Below, piece after piece: positions 38,378-49,106 of a DNA stretch of 64,000 nt (within the stretch, counting starts at the first letter, position 1; each line of letters begins with the position of its first letter). Below the pieces are notes generated by a model that saw only the letters and a program-made list of their open reading frames with translations, searched no databases and had not been told where the DNA came from. Both the position numbers and the translations under genes were made by a program. Source of the stretch: Patescibacteria group bacterium (GTDB taxonomy: Bacteria; Patescibacteriota; Minisyncoccia; Ryanbacterales; GWA2-47-10b); NCBI GenBank assembly GCA_038064855.1, contig JBBTSE010000002.1, positions 8,530 to 72,529 on the forward strand. Reading direction: 5' to 3'.

Positions 38378-39589
38378 TTATGATTTCTCTTCAGTTGAGG
38401 TTTCCTCGGTTTTTTCAGATTCGCTCGGTGTTTCTTCAGAATCAGTATCATGAGCTTCTCTACCTTCGCGGGTTACGATATCAATCTTCCAACTGGTGAG
38501 TTTGGCGGCCAAACGAACATTTTGACCATTGCGGCCGATAGCGAGCGAAAGTTGAGAATCGTCAACAAGTACGGTTGCCGTATGGGTATCTTCATCGGTA
38601 GTGACATCGAGTACTTTGGCAGGCGAGAGAGCGTTCGCGATAAACTTGGTAGGGTCGTCTGACCATTCGATGATGTCGATTTTCTCGCCACCAAGCTCGG
38701 CGATGACGGTGCCAACACGCACACCCTTTTGACCGACGAGCGATCCTACCGGATCAATACTTTGGTCGTGTGAAATGACGGCAATCTTTGTGCGAGAGCC
38801 AGCTTCGCGGGCAAGACCCTTGGTCTCCACAATGCCTTGGCCGATTTCCGGTACTTCTATCTCAAAGAGTTTACTGACAAAGCGCGGGTGTGAGCGAGAG
38901 AGATACATGAGTGGGACGCGTGCTTGCCGTTCGCTCATCAGCAAAAGCCCTTTGATGCGCTCACCAATGCGATAGCGTTCGTGTTGTACCTGTTCTTCGG
39001 CGGGCAAGAGGGCGGTGGTGCGTCCGAGATCAAGATACACATTGCGTCCTTCTACGCGCTGGACAATACCGCTGACGACTTCCCCCTGCTTTTCTTTAAA
39101 TTCTTCGTAGATAGCTTCGCGTTCTGCCTCGCGAATACGCTGGATGATGACCTGTTTTGCGGTTTGCGCGGCGATTCGACCATAGTCGGCGTGAGTCTCG
39201 AGTGGGAAGATGAGTTCTTCACTCAATACGGCATCTTTTTTGATTTTATGTGCTTCGTCTACCATTATATGGCGCTCAGGATTGAACCGAACACGCTTTT
39301 GCTCACCCCCCATTTCCTCGTCTCGTTCGGAGTGACCCGAAGAGTCTTCGGCGGCCACTTCTTCTTCTGACTTGAGCATTGACTGGTCGACGACGATTTT
39401 GACCTGCGAAAAGGATATCCCACCTGAATCAAGGTCAAAAGTTGCTCGTATAATCTGTCCACGCTTGCCGTAGTCGCGTTTATAGGCGGCAGCGAGCGCC
39501 ATATCAATGGTCTCGAGGACCTTGTCTTTTGATATTCCCTTTTCTTCGGCGAGCTCTTCGAGCGTTGCTTTGATTATTTTGAGATCCAT
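38378..39589 (-). CDS. nusA: Transcription termination/antitermination factor NusA
   Basis: N-terminal domain, S1 and two KH domains (GRNGQNVRLAAKLTSWKIDI). The start is assigned to MDLKIIKATLEEL. Confidence 0.85.
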   Translation of the reverse strand: MDLKIIKATLEELAEEKGISKDKVLETIDMALAAAYKRDYGKRGQIIRATFDLDSGGISFSQVKIVVDQSMLKSEEEVAAEDSSGHSERDEEMGGEQKRVRFNPERHIMVDEAHKIKKDAVLSEELIFPLETHADYGRIAAQTAKQVIIQRIREAEREAIYEEFKEKQGEVVSGIVQRVEGRNVYLDLGRTTALLPAEEQVQHERYRIGERIKGLLLMSERQARVPLMYLSRSHPRFVSKLFEIEVPEIGQGIVETKGLAREAGSRTKIAVISHDQSIDPVGSLVGQKGVRVGTVIAELGGEKIDIIEWSDDPTKFIANALSPAKVLDVTTDEDTHTATVLVDDSQLSLAIGRNGQNVRLAAKLTSWKIDIVTREGREAHDTDSEETPSESEKTEETSTEEKS

Positions 39590-39743
39590 GAGTGTATAGT
39601 TGTTTTTTGGATAAAAAATGGCCCGTTTCAGACGGACCATCAGAACAATCACAATGACTCTTCTATTATAGCAGTATTCTTTTCACAGTCAAGCACCCTC
39701 CCCGTAGTGGCTTACAGGGTGTATACTAAAGGCATCAGTTCTT

Positions 39744-40697
39744 ATGAATACTTTCCATGTCGTCTCACAATGTCGTAAGTATAATGTTTCGTTATGGACT
39801 TGTCCGCCCTTTCTCTTTATTGTCATGGGCGGAGTCAATGTAGCGGGTATGGTTACGACCGCGATTGCGGCACAGCGTTTTTCTGATGATCCGGCGGTTG
39901 TTATCATCTCGGTGTCGATGATGGCGGCGTTTCTCTTTGTGGTTGGCAATGCCGTTGTCTCATCGTTTCAGCGTTTGGCTGACGCATCGCGCATCAAATC
40001 CGAGTTCGTCAATATTGTCTCGCATCAGCTTCGCTCGCCGCTCTCGGCTATCAAGTGGCAGTTAGAGCTTATGCTTGACCAGATGAAGACGGTGACAGGA
40101 GATGTCGCCGCCACTATGGGCACGATTAGACGACAGAACGAACGCATGATCGCGCTCGTCAATGACCTGCTCGAGGTTAACCGTATTGAGGACGACCGTG
40201 TCATTTTGCGGCCAACAGCGATTACAATCGACAATTTTGTCGAGCAAATCGCCAACGGCTACAAGCCACTCGCGGAGCAGGCAGACGAAAAGCTTGTGTT
40301 TGTGGGTGAGGCAAGGCCTTTGGTGGTATTTGCTGATGAAGTAAAGCTTCGTTGGGTGACAGAAAACCTCATCGACAATGCCGTACGCTACACTAAGAAA
40401 GGCGGCGAGGTGACGGTAAAAGTATTGCGTGCTAAAAATACGGCACGCGTCGAGGTGACTGATTCGGGTATTGGTATTCCGGTAGCCGATCAGGCGATGA
40501 TTTTCCAGAAGTTCTTTCGATCGGAAAATGCCCTGCGGATGCGCGCCGAGGGCACGGGGCTCGGCCTCTATCTGGTGCGGTCACTGGTAGGTGCTATGGG
40601 TGGCAAGGCAGGTTTCGCTTCCATGGAAGGTAAAGGGTCGACATTTTGGTATACGCTCCCGCTCGTTTCGGGCGAGGCGATGGTCCAGAAAAAGTAA
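39744..40697 (+). CDS. Sensor histidine kinase (membrane, HisKA + HATPase_c)
   Basis: IVSHQLRSPLSAIKWQLELM is the H-box. DSGIGIPVADQAMIFQKFFR and GTGLGLYLVRSL are the G-boxes. Confidence 0.8.
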   Translation: MNTFHVVSQCRKYNVSLWTCPPFLFIVMGGVNVAGMVTTAIAAQRFSDDPAVVIISVSMMAAFLFVVGNAVVSSFQRLADASRIKSEFVNIVSHQLRSPLSAIKWQLELMLDQMKTVTGDVAATMGTIRRQNERMIALVNDLLEVNRIEDDRVILRPTAITIDNFVEQIANGYKPLAEQADEKLVFVGEARPLVVFADEVKLRWVTENLIDNAVRYTKKGGEVTVKVLRAKNTARVEVTDSGIGIPVADQAMIFQKFFRSENALRMRAEGTGLGLYLVRSLVGAMGGKAGFASMEGKGSTFWYTLPLVSGEAMVQKK

Positions 40698-40728
40698 TTA
40701 CAAAAATTAAAAATATATAGTATAGAGT

Positions 40729-41094
40729 ATGAAAAAACTTCTTATTATCGAAGACGAAGCGGCACTCCAAGACGCACTTCAAAAAGCGTTTGCCGCCGAT
40801 GGATATGAGATATTCCAAGCGTTTGATGGCGAAGAGGGTATCAAGCTCGCGAAAGAAAAGAAGCCAGATATGATTTTGCTCGATCTCATTTTACCGAAAA
40901 AACACGGATTTGAGGTTTTACAGGAAATCAAACAGGACGAGACAATCAAGGAGGTACCCGTGTTGGTGCTGACCAATCTTGAAGAAAGTACCGAGGTGAT
41001 GAAGGCGATTGAGCTTGGCGCGCGCGGATATTTGGTCAAGGCAAACTACGCACTCAAGGAAGTTCTTGCAAAGGTAAAAGATATTCTCGGATAA
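40729..41094 (+). CDS. Single-domain response regulator (CheY-like receiver)
   Basis: LLIIEDE...DMILLDLILP...VPVLVLTNL...GARGYLVKA. Confidence 0.85.
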   Translation: MKKLLIIEDEAALQDALQKAFAADGYEIFQAFDGEEGIKLAKEKKPDMILLDLILPKKHGFEVLQEIKQDETIKEVPVLVLTNLEESTEVMKAIELGARGYLVKANYALKEVLAKVKDILG

Positions 41095-41108
41095 AGTACT
41101 ATCCTCGG

Positions 41109-42863
41109 ATGAGAATCGATTCAGGGCAACTCAAAGCGTTTCTTCTTGATTCGGGGCTTGTCTCCGAAAAAGATATTGACGCCGCAGTTAAAAAGGCCAA
41201 AGAGCAGGATTTGCGTCCTGGAGATATTCTCGTCGCCCAAGGGAAAATAACCCAAAAAGATATTGAGCGCGTGTATGGGTACATCCTCGGGATTCCATTT
41301 GTAAATCTTGAAGGTGAAAAGATTGACCCCGAAGTGCTTCATGCGGTGCCCGAACCTATTGCGCGAGCGCACAATATCATCGCTTATAAAAAGATGGGTA
41401 AGGATTTGGAGGTAGCGATGCTCGATCCGGAGGATCTCGAGACTATTGAGTTCATCCACAAAAAATCGGGGCTTACTATCAAGCCACGCATGACTAACGA
41501 AAAATCGATGAAGTATCTCCTTTCTCTCTATCAGAAGAGTCTGGAGGCGGAGTTCGGTGAGATTATCAAGGGCGAGTCGGACGGGCTTGTTATGAGTGCC
41601 GCGTCAGTTGGTGAGGCGGGTGAGAGTGGCGAGGATCTCGAGAAGGTGGCGCAAGAGTTGCCCATCATCAAGATCGTCGATACTCTTATCCGCCACGCGA
41701 TTTTGCAAAAAGCATCTGACATTCATATCGAGCCCCTCGAAAACGAGCTTTTGGTACGGTACCGCATCGATGGTATATTGCGTGATGCGATGGTGTTGCC
41801 CAAGAAAATCGCATCAGCTGTTATCGCGCGCGTCAAAGTGCTCTCGAGCTTAAAGCTTGATGAAAAACGATTGCCACAAGACGGTCGTTTCAAGATCGAA
41901 TCGCCCGAATATAAGTTTTCAACTCGTGTCTCGGTATTGCCAGTGTATGACGGTGAAAAGATCGTCATGCGTTTGTTGCCGGAGAATGCGCGTGGCTTCA
42001 CGCTCGAATCACTCGGGTTTCATGGTGAAGGACTTGAACTGTTACATCAAAATATTAAAAAATCTGTCGGTATGATTTTAGCCACTGGTCCTACCGGATC
42101 AGGTAAGACGACGACGCTCTATACGATGATGGATTTGGTGAATACTCCCGATGTCAATATTTCTACCATTGAAGATCCGATTGAATACCGTATGCCTCGC
42201 ATTAATCAGACACAGGTGCGTCCCGATATCGGGTTTACCTTTGCCAACGGTTTGCGCAGTCTGTTGCGTCAAGATCCTGATATCTTGATGGTAGGTGAGG
42301 TTCGTGACTCGGAGACCGCTGGTCTCGCTATCAATGCCGCGCTCACTGGTCACTTGGTACTGACGACATTGCATACCAACTCTGCGGCAGGCGCGTTGCC
42401 GCGTCTCATTGATCTTGGCGTCGAGCCCTTTTTGATCGCGTCAACGGTCAATGTGATTATCGCTCAACGATTGGTGCGCACACTCTACAAATCAAGAGAG
42501 GAGTATCGTTTGACAAAAGATCAAATCGCCCAGCTCGCAAAGATTGTTGATATCGATCGTATACTTGGGTTTTTACGCGCGGAAAAAATTATCGCGCCAA
42601 AAGCAAAGATCGAAGATGTGCCATTTTATAAACCGGTACCCGCATCTGATGTGCCCGATGGCTACCAAGGGCGTATCGGTGTGCATGAGGTTATGACGGT
42701 GACGCCCGCGATGCGTGAGATGGTAATGAAAAACACGAATCCATCGGAGATTGATGCGATCGCGCGTAAGTCAGGCATGATGAGTATGCTCGAAGACGGT
42801 ATTTTTAAAGCGGCGCAGGGGATTACTACGGTCGAAGAAGTATTGCGCGTGACACAAGAATAA
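41109..42863 (+). CDS. pilB: Type IV pilus assembly ATPase PilB (GspE family)
   Basis: N-terminal GSPII_N domains, then Walker A LATGPTGSGKTTTLY and the His box. Confidence 0.9.
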   Translation: MRIDSGQLKAFLLDSGLVSEKDIDAAVKKAKEQDLRPGDILVAQGKITQKDIERVYGYILGIPFVNLEGEKIDPEVLHAVPEPIARAHNIIAYKKMGKDLEVAMLDPEDLETIEFIHKKSGLTIKPRMTNEKSMKYLLSLYQKSLEAEFGEIIKGESDGLVMSAASVGEAGESGEDLEKVAQELPIIKIVDTLIRHAILQKASDIHIEPLENELLVRYRIDGILRDAMVLPKKIASAVIARVKVLSSLKLDEKRLPQDGRFKIESPEYKFSTRVSVLPVYDGEKIVMRLLPENARGFTLESLGFHGEGLELLHQNIKKSVGMILATGPTGSGKTTTLYTMMDLVNTPDVNISTIEDPIEYRMPRINQTQVRPDIGFTFANGLRSLLRQDPDILMVGEVRDSETAGLAINAALTGHLVLTTLHTNSAAGALPRLIDLGVEPFLIASTVNVIIAQRLVRTLYKSREEYRLTKDQIAQLAKIVDIDRILGFLRAEKIIAPKAKIEDVPFYKPVPASDVPDGYQGRIGVHEVMTVTPAMREMVMKNTNPSEIDAIARKSGMMSMLEDGIFKAAQGITTVEEVLRVTQE

Positions 42864-42866
42864 TCT

Positions 42867-44111
42867 ATGGCGCGTTTTCAATTTCGGGCGCGTGACCGGC
42901 AGAGTGTTGAGCAGTCGGGTCTTCGTGATGCAGGTGATCGTTTTGAGCTCGCGCGCTTTTTGCGTACCGAGGGCCTCCTGTTGCTTGAAGCGCACGAGAT
43001 CAGCGCCTTACCCGGTGTGAATATGCCTGGCGGGCTCAAAAAAAATGTTTCCATCGATCTTAGTACCTATTTACGGCGCGTCACGCTTTCTGACAAAATC
43101 GTATTTTCAAAAAACTTGGGAGTGATGATTGGCGCAGGTCTCCCACTCACGCGCGCACTCGACGCGCTTTCCAGGGAGTCACATAACCCAAAGTTTAAAG
43201 TTACGATCTTAGCTATCGAAGATCAGATTCGGCAGGGTAAGACATTTGCTGAATCGCTCGGCAAGCATCCAAAAATTTTCCCTTCCCTCTATATTGCTAT
43301 GGTTGATGCAGGCGAGAAGTCAGGTAAGCTCAAAGAATCGCTCACACTTCTAGCTTCCCAGATGCAGGCGGATTACGATCTCGTGCGCAAGGTGAGGGGA
43401 GCGATGATGTACCCATCGATTATTTTAGCGGCGATGGTGCTCATCGGTGCGCTCATGATTGTGTATGTAGTACCAACACTCTCCGCGGTGTTTAAAGAGC
43501 TCGATGTCGAGCTACCAGCTTCCACACAATTCATCATCGACTTCTCCGACTTTTTTACTAACCACTTTATGCTGGTCATCCTCGGTTTTTTTGGGTTTAT
43601 TTTTAGTGTCATCGCATTTTTTCGTACAACCTTCGGCAAGCATTTGGCGGACAATGTTGTTATTCGTCTACCAGTGATCGGCCCGCTCGCCAAAAAGTTC
43701 AACGCCGCACGCGCTTCGCGCACGCTCTCGTCACTCTTATCGGCAGGAGTGCAGGTGATGGAAGCGCTCGAGATTACCGCGCGTGTGGTGCAGAATCATT
43801 TGTATTCACAGACGCTCTCGGACGCAAAAAAATCGATCCAAAAAGGCGATACGATTTCAAAAGTATTTTTAGCAAACGAACATCTCTATCCATCACTGGT
43901 AGGCGAGATGCTCTCGGTAGGTGAAGAGACGGGCGAGAGCTCAAAGATGCTCGGCGAGGTCGCGTCGTTTTATGAACAGCAAGTTGCCGATGCTACCAAA
44001 GATCTCTCGACCATTATCGAGCCGGTGCTCATGCTTATCATTGGTGCGGTCGTAGGTTTTTTTGCTGTCTCGATGATCACACCGATGTATTCATTGGTAG
44101 GTGCCATTTAA
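42867..44111 (+). CDS. pilC: Type IV pilus platform protein PilC (GspF family)
   Basis: Two GspF repeats and polytopic membrane helices. Confidence 0.9.
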   Translation: MARFQFRARDRQSVEQSGLRDAGDRFELARFLRTEGLLLLEAHEISALPGVNMPGGLKKNVSIDLSTYLRRVTLSDKIVFSKNLGVMIGAGLPLTRALDALSRESHNPKFKVTILAIEDQIRQGKTFAESLGKHPKIFPSLYIAMVDAGEKSGKLKESLTLLASQMQADYDLVRKVRGAMMYPSIILAAMVLIGALMIVYVVPTLSAVFKELDVELPASTQFIIDFSDFFTNHFMLVILGFFGFIFSVIAFFRTTFGKHLADNVVIRLPVIGPLAKKFNAARASRTLSSLLSAGVQVMEALEITARVVQNHLYSQTLSDAKKSIQKGDTISKVFLANEHLYPSLVGEMLSVGEETGESSKMLGEVASFYEQQVADATKDLSTIIEPVLMLIIGAVVGFFAVSMITPMYSLVGAI

Positions 44112-44112
44112 T

Positions 44113-44706
44113 ATGCGCAGAGCATTTACCATGATTGAGCTCATTATCGTGATAGGCGTCATTGGTCTTTTGGCAGCACTCATCATACCGAGCTTTGGTA
44201 CATGGCGTGAGCGGACAGTGGTCAGGTCCGCGGCGCGTGATGTTGAGAGTATTTTGAAACTTGCGCGGTCAAAGTCTCTCGCGTCAGAAGATGGAGCCAA
44301 GTACGGCGTGCTTTTTTATGATGGGGCGACAACTTTTTCTCTTTGTAAAAATCCAGATGCTATACGATTGGGCGATAGTGGCTACTATATATATACCTGT
44401 CCCACGCTTGTAAATAGCTACTCTTTGCCAAACTCGCTTTCTTTTTGTACTCCGTATACTTCGAGTATCGAACTTCAAAGTATCAGTCCAGGGTGGACTA
44501 TCATACCCGGCGTTATATTCTCAAAACTGACTGGTGAATATGAAGATATTACGCCATCCGCTACCGAAGGAGTGATATACTTTTATAATAAGAATAAGAT
44601 CGCGAGTCCCTGTGGTAGTGGTGAGGCGGCACTGACAATTTGTCGTAACAACAAAACTTGCGGTGGAGTCGTGATCACAAAATCTGGTGTGATTTATGAA
44701 AAATAA
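44113..44706 (+). CDS. Prepilin-type N-terminal cleavage/methylation domain protein (type IV pilin)
   Basis: MRRAFTMIELIIVIGVIGLLAALIIP is a class III signal. Confidence 0.75.
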   Translation: MRRAFTMIELIIVIGVIGLLAALIIPSFGTWRERTVVRSAARDVESILKLARSKSLASEDGAKYGVLFYDGATTFSLCKNPDAIRLGDSGYYIYTCPTLVNSYSLPNSLSFCTPYTSSIELQSISPGWTIIPGVIFSKLTGEYEDITPSATEGVIYFYNKNKIASPCGSGEAALTICRNNKTCGGVVITKSGVIYEK

Positions 44707-45187
44707 TAAAAAAGCCTTTTTACTCCTCGAGCTTCTTGTAGCGATAGCGCTTATCTCTACGGTGTTTGTCACACTTTTTTTCTTGCAGTCAAAACTTTTA
44801 CAGATCAAACAAGACGGCATCATGAAAGTACGCGCAACCTATTATGCACAAGAGGCGTTTGAGGCGCTACGGTATTTGCGCGCGACTGGCGGGTGGTCAA
44901 CGATCTCGTCACCAACTACTGGTGCTACAGATTATTATGCGACATTTGCCAGTAACACATGGTCGCTGAGTACTACGCCTCCCGCAGCGCTCGATGGTAT
45001 TTTCACGCGCAGTATTCGGTTTTCCCCCGTTTATCGTCAGGGCGACCAGCAGGGGGTTATTATTACAGGCCCCTCTGGATATGATGACCCCGGCACACGC
45101 AAAGTGACGGTGATGGTGAGCTGGGATAATGGATCGAAAAACATAGTACTCGATACGTATCTTACTGATTGGACTTCAAATCTATGA
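44696..45187 (+). CDS. Pseudopilin/minor pilin (prepilin-type N-terminus)
   Basis: KKAFLLLELLVAIALIS. Confidence 0.65.
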   Translation: MKNNKKAFLLLELLVAIALISTVFVTLFFLQSKLLQIKQDGIMKVRATYYAQEAFEALRYLRATGGWSTISSPTTGATDYYATFASNTWSLSTTPPAALDGIFTRSIRFSPVYRQGDQQGVIITGPSGYDDPGTRKVTVMVSWDNGSKNIVLDTYLTDWTSNL

Positions 45188-45702
45188 GACGGCGCGCCTT
45201 TACTCTTATTGAACTCTTGGTGTATGTGGGTGTGCTGGTAATAGTACTCGGCGCCATTTTCTTTTTTATGGTCAATATTATTACCAATGAACGCTCAATC
45301 GGCGACCGTGTGCGCATGATGGACGAAGCAGACTTCGCGATGCGCCAAGTACTGGACCATGCGCGTGGTGCAAAAAATTTAGAATCGACAGATTTTGCTT
45401 TTAGTAATGATGGCGAACTTACACTCACAAAGACAGATGCCGTAGTCACTATTAAGGTTGATAAATCTGATCCTACCAAGCCAAAGCTTATTATGACGAA
45501 AAATGACGGCATCAATCCTGTTTCCACGCGCATACTTACATCACCGCGTGTGGCAGTTGATATTTTTACTCTCGAGTGTGCGGGTACTATAAGCCCGTGT
45601 AGTAGTAATGCCAAAGGTGTGCGTATTAAGCTCGGTCTTCGTGATCTGGTGACGTATCAAACTATTACTATTACCACGGGCGCTACCCCGCGTGGTTATT
45701 GA
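45184..45702 (+). CDS. Pseudopilin/minor pilin (prepilin-type N-terminus)
   Basis: MRRRAFTLIELLVYVGVLVIVLGAIFFF. Confidence 0.65.
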   Translation: MRRRAFTLIELLVYVGVLVIVLGAIFFFMVNIITNERSIGDRVRMMDEADFAMRQVLDHARGAKNLESTDFAFSNDGELTLTKTDAVVTIKVDKSDPTKPKLIMTKNDGINPVSTRILTSPRVAVDIFTLECAGTISPCSSNAKGVRIKLGLRDLVTYQTITITTGATPRGY

Positions 45703-48589
45703 TATGAAATACGCAGGATACAACAGGGGGCTCGCAGCACTCACGACGATGATTATCGTACTTGTGATACTTGTGATACTGATCGCGAGCTATGGGCTTA
45801 TCACTGCGAGCTCTGCGCGGCAATTTTCCAATGTGTACCAGTCGGCGCGCGCATACTATGTGTCCGAAGCGGGTACAGAAGATGGTATCGCGCGGTATTT
45901 GCGCTCAGGGGGTGTAGTTACTGGCAGTTGGACGGTCGCCGGCCTCGTATCTGGTACGACCGATGTTGTCGCCCCTACACCAACTAACAACAATTTGATC
46001 AGTACGAGTAATGTTGGTGGGCGTAAGCGCGCTTTAAAGATAACGCTACAACTCAATCCTATCTATACCTACGCGGGTTTTATCGGCGACGGCGGTCTCT
46101 GGATGTCTGATAGTACGGATATCAAATGTGTGAGCGGTACTGGCTGTAAGGGCGAAGATGAAGCTGGTGATGCAGGTACAGTCTGGGTCAATGGTCCTGT
46201 ATGGGCAAATGGATCTGATGGTGGCGGAAAGCTTGGCAAAAGTGCGACTGATGCACGCGTGGTAGGGCATGTATATACAACCGGCAAAGTTGATATCAGG
46301 CCATCAGAGAGAAAAGAACCCGATCCCGTTAGCTCAAATCATAAGTTTGTGTGTCTGACGGACAATCCTGTCGCATTAACTGAACTGGTGTCTCCCGAAT
46401 GCAATGAAGTAGGAGCTATCAAGGCGACAGCAATCGCGCAAAGAGTGCGGATTCATGAAGGAGGTAAAAACTCAAAACGCTACGCATTTCGTGTTGCATA
46501 TCACGGAAGCGCTGATAAGTTGCCCACCGTGAAGTCATATCCCGTGCGTGAAGTGGGTAGTACGGGAGTTTGGGATACACCACAAAGAATTTTGCTCGAA
46601 AAAGATATTGGTATCGGTGCGAATGACGAACGGCTTTTTGCAAAATATAAAATTGACACTGATCATGATGGTTTAACAAATAGTCCGGGTGAAGTACTCA
46701 CTGCGGATACGCCCGAGTGGGTGTATTTCAATATTCCTGGTTCGAGCGGCCTTCAATCTGTCGATGACGATGACGGCGTTTATATCGTACTGCAGGCGGA
46801 AGGCTCTGGCGGCGATGTAAATAGTTATTACAAGGTTTATTATGATGAGAGTGCGACGCCGTGTAAGAACGATGTTTGTGGTCTTGTTCACACGGGCGGG
46901 TACGGGCAATATATTACCTCGAACCTTTTTTGCTCGAAGGACGCGAGTACGCCTTTTACCTGCAATGCAAATCTCACCAATGGCACCGCACCTCTTCTCC
47001 CGGCGGACGCTTTTAATAAACCGCGTACCGATTTTCATTTTCGTGTGTATTCACAAGGTACCGAAGATGATAACTATGAAAACTCGCTACAAGTATTCGG
47101 CGAGCTTCACGCCGATGAAGCCATTGGCGCGAGCGTCATAGGTGAAGGGTCATCCGCCAACAAAGATATTGCGTTTGTGGGCAGACGCTTTGCCTCGGCG
47201 TTTTGGAAAGATCGCCAAGCGCATGCGCGACTCTGGGGGTATAGTTTCGTTCAGCAGCTTGATAATTGCGATCTTGGAGGTTCGGGTACGGAGACGGTAG
47301 GTGATGATATTGAATCGCGCCGAGGGTGGCGGCCATTTTGTGATTCACAGGTACGCGACGTGCGAAAAACAACAAATGGGACTAATTTTAGCAGGGTAAA
47401 TTATGGCGTTTCTGAGCGCAGATATTCAGTAAATTCCACACTCTATCCGGTCAATACGGATGTTGCCACGCGCTTTTACTGCAATCCTTATAAAAACGCA
47501 GGCAATGTGACGCACGGTGGTACTGCGGCATCATGTACACAGGATTCACCGTTCAATACTTACACTCCGTATGAGTTTAATACCATGTCACAATCGAGCG
47601 GGCGCGGATGTTACTTTGGTTGTGGATCGGGCGAGAACACTAGCTGCGGCTCGGATGTATATAAGACGCACTATATTTATCCCGCGCCTGATATAAGCGC
47701 ATACGGACAGTATCCATATAATTTCTGTAAATACGCAGGCGGTGCGGAAGATATAGCATATGTCGACGAGGCAGCACTTAAAACTATACTTACTGCTCCA
47801 GCGCCCACCGGTTATGGTATTGATTCGGCAGTGCAAGATCTCTATCTACCCAAAGCACCACCAGAAAAAGGTCCATGGCCTATTTCTGAATCAAAAATCA
47901 ATGGGTGGGTAAGTTCGATTTTTACAAGTACGTGCCTTCCTGGCCCGCACATTATCACTGCATCACAGTCATGGCCTCCACTAGGACAGGCAGGCGCACC
48001 AACCTGCATAAACGGTGACCTTGTCGTACGCAACGGGGCAAAACTTACTCTCAACAGTGGTGCACATATGCACGTTAAAGGCAATTTACATCTTGTAAAA
48101 GACCCAGGCAAGCAAGGCGGCAAGATTGAGATGAACAATAGTAGCGGTGCGTTAGGATGGCCTGCTAACACTGCAGGGATTGTGATCGTCGATGGGTTTG
48201 TAGACACCGAAAATGATACTCAACTTTTAGGTGGCAACAAAGCGCAGGATGAATATATGCTTGTTATTTCACGCTCGTACAATCAAGGCGATTATGATCC
48301 CTTTAACTACCAGAATCCAACTGATCTGACTTCGGAAAACGACAAAGCGGCGATTTATAGTTTGAGCCGTCAAGACGGAGGGGCAACGGTATCGTTTTAT
48401 GCTCCCAATGGTTCCGTAGTGCTCGGGCGAGATCCTTCCAATCCCAACGCTATGCAGGTGGCGGCATATAAGTTGGTAATGCGCCGCAATACCCAAGTAA
48501 GCTATGATTATGGTGTGCTCGATATGATCTTCCCAGGTGGGCCCGCAAGCGCGTCTGGGGTCAGTGACTATGATGAAATTGCACCATAA
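45692..48589 (+). CDS. Giant pilus-associated protein with PilX-like N-terminal domain (965 aa)
   Basis: N-terminus GLAALTTMIIVLVILVILIASYGLITASSARQFSNVYQSARAYYVSEAGTEDGI matches the PilX_N pattern. A large Cys-containing extracellular region follows. Confidence 0.6.
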   Translation: MVIDMKYAGYNRGLAALTTMIIVLVILVILIASYGLITASSARQFSNVYQSARAYYVSEAGTEDGIARYLRSGGVVTGSWTVAGLVSGTTDVVAPTPTNNNLISTSNVGGRKRALKITLQLNPIYTYAGFIGDGGLWMSDSTDIKCVSGTGCKGEDEAGDAGTVWVNGPVWANGSDGGGKLGKSATDARVVGHVYTTGKVDIRPSERKEPDPVSSNHKFVCLTDNPVALTELVSPECNEVGAIKATAIAQRVRIHEGGKNSKRYAFRVAYHGSADKLPTVKSYPVREVGSTGVWDTPQRILLEKDIGIGANDERLFAKYKIDTDHDGLTNSPGEVLTADTPEWVYFNIPGSSGLQSVDDDDGVYIVLQAEGSGGDVNSYYKVYYDESATPCKNDVCGLVHTGGYGQYITSNLFCSKDASTPFTCNANLTNGTAPLLPADAFNKPRTDFHFRVYSQGTEDDNYENSLQVFGELHADEAIGASVIGEGSSANKDIAFVGRRFASAFWKDRQAHARLWGYSFVQQLDNCDLGGSGTETVGDDIESRRGWRPFCDSQVRDVRKTTNGTNFSRVNYGVSERRYSVNSTLYPVNTDVATRFYCNPYKNAGNVTHGGTAASCTQDSPFNTYTPYEFNTMSQSSGRGCYFGCGSGENTSCGSDVYKTHYIYPAPDISAYGQYPYNFCKYAGGAEDIAYVDEAALKTILTAPAPTGYGIDSAVQDLYLPKAPPEKGPWPISESKINGWVSSIFTSTCLPGPHIITASQSWPPLGQAGAPTCINGDLVVRNGAKLTLNSGAHMHVKGNLHLVKDPGKQGGKIEMNNSSGALGWPANTAGIVIVDGFVDTENDTQLLGGNKAQDEYMLVISRSYNQGDYDPFNYQNPTDLTSENDKAAIYSLSRQDGGATVSFYAPNGSVVLGRDPSNPNAMQVAAYKLVMRRNTQVSYDYGVLDMIFPGGPASASGVSDYDEIAP

Positions 48590-49106
48590 CAAAGGCATGA
48601 GTATTCTCGAGCTTCTCATCGTTATCGGCGTGATGGGTATGCTCGCGGCGATGTCATTTGTGGCCTTTCGATCATTTTTTAACAACCAAGAACTCAACGC
48701 GGCTACCGAGCAGGTAGTAGCAATATTGCGTAGCGCCCGAACCTATACTCTGTCTTCACGCAATGATAGTGCTGGGGCTACGACCAGCACATGTTATGGG
48801 GTAGCTGTTACTCCAAGTAACATAACGCTTATGTTTGACGATAGTTGTAACTGCTCACTTGATAGCGTGGTGAGCACCACGCAGTCATTGCCGGGGGGCA
48901 CATATATATCCATTGAGACATTTCCCACATATGGAGGATATGACGGCCTCTCTTTTCAACGAATAACCGGAAATGCGCAGGATATTGGCTCAAGTTGCGC
49001 GTCACTACCGGCTGGGGGCCGTATCCTTATCCTCACCTCCCGCCGCAACATCAGCATGGCGAAAGTTATAAAGATAACACCTTTGGGCAATATTGAGGTA
49101 CAATGA
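48570..49106 (+). CDS. Pseudopilin (prepilin-type N-terminus)
   Basis: MMKLHHNKGMSILELLIVIGVMGMLAAMS. Confidence 0.7.
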   Translation: MMKLHHNKGMSILELLIVIGVMGMLAAMSFVAFRSFFNNQELNAATEQVVAILRSARTYTLSSRNDSAGATTSTCYGVAVTPSNITLMFDDSCNCSLDSVVSTTQSLPGGTYISIETFPTYGGYDGLSFQRITGNAQDIGSSCASLPAGGRILILTSRRNISMAKVIKITPLGNIEVQ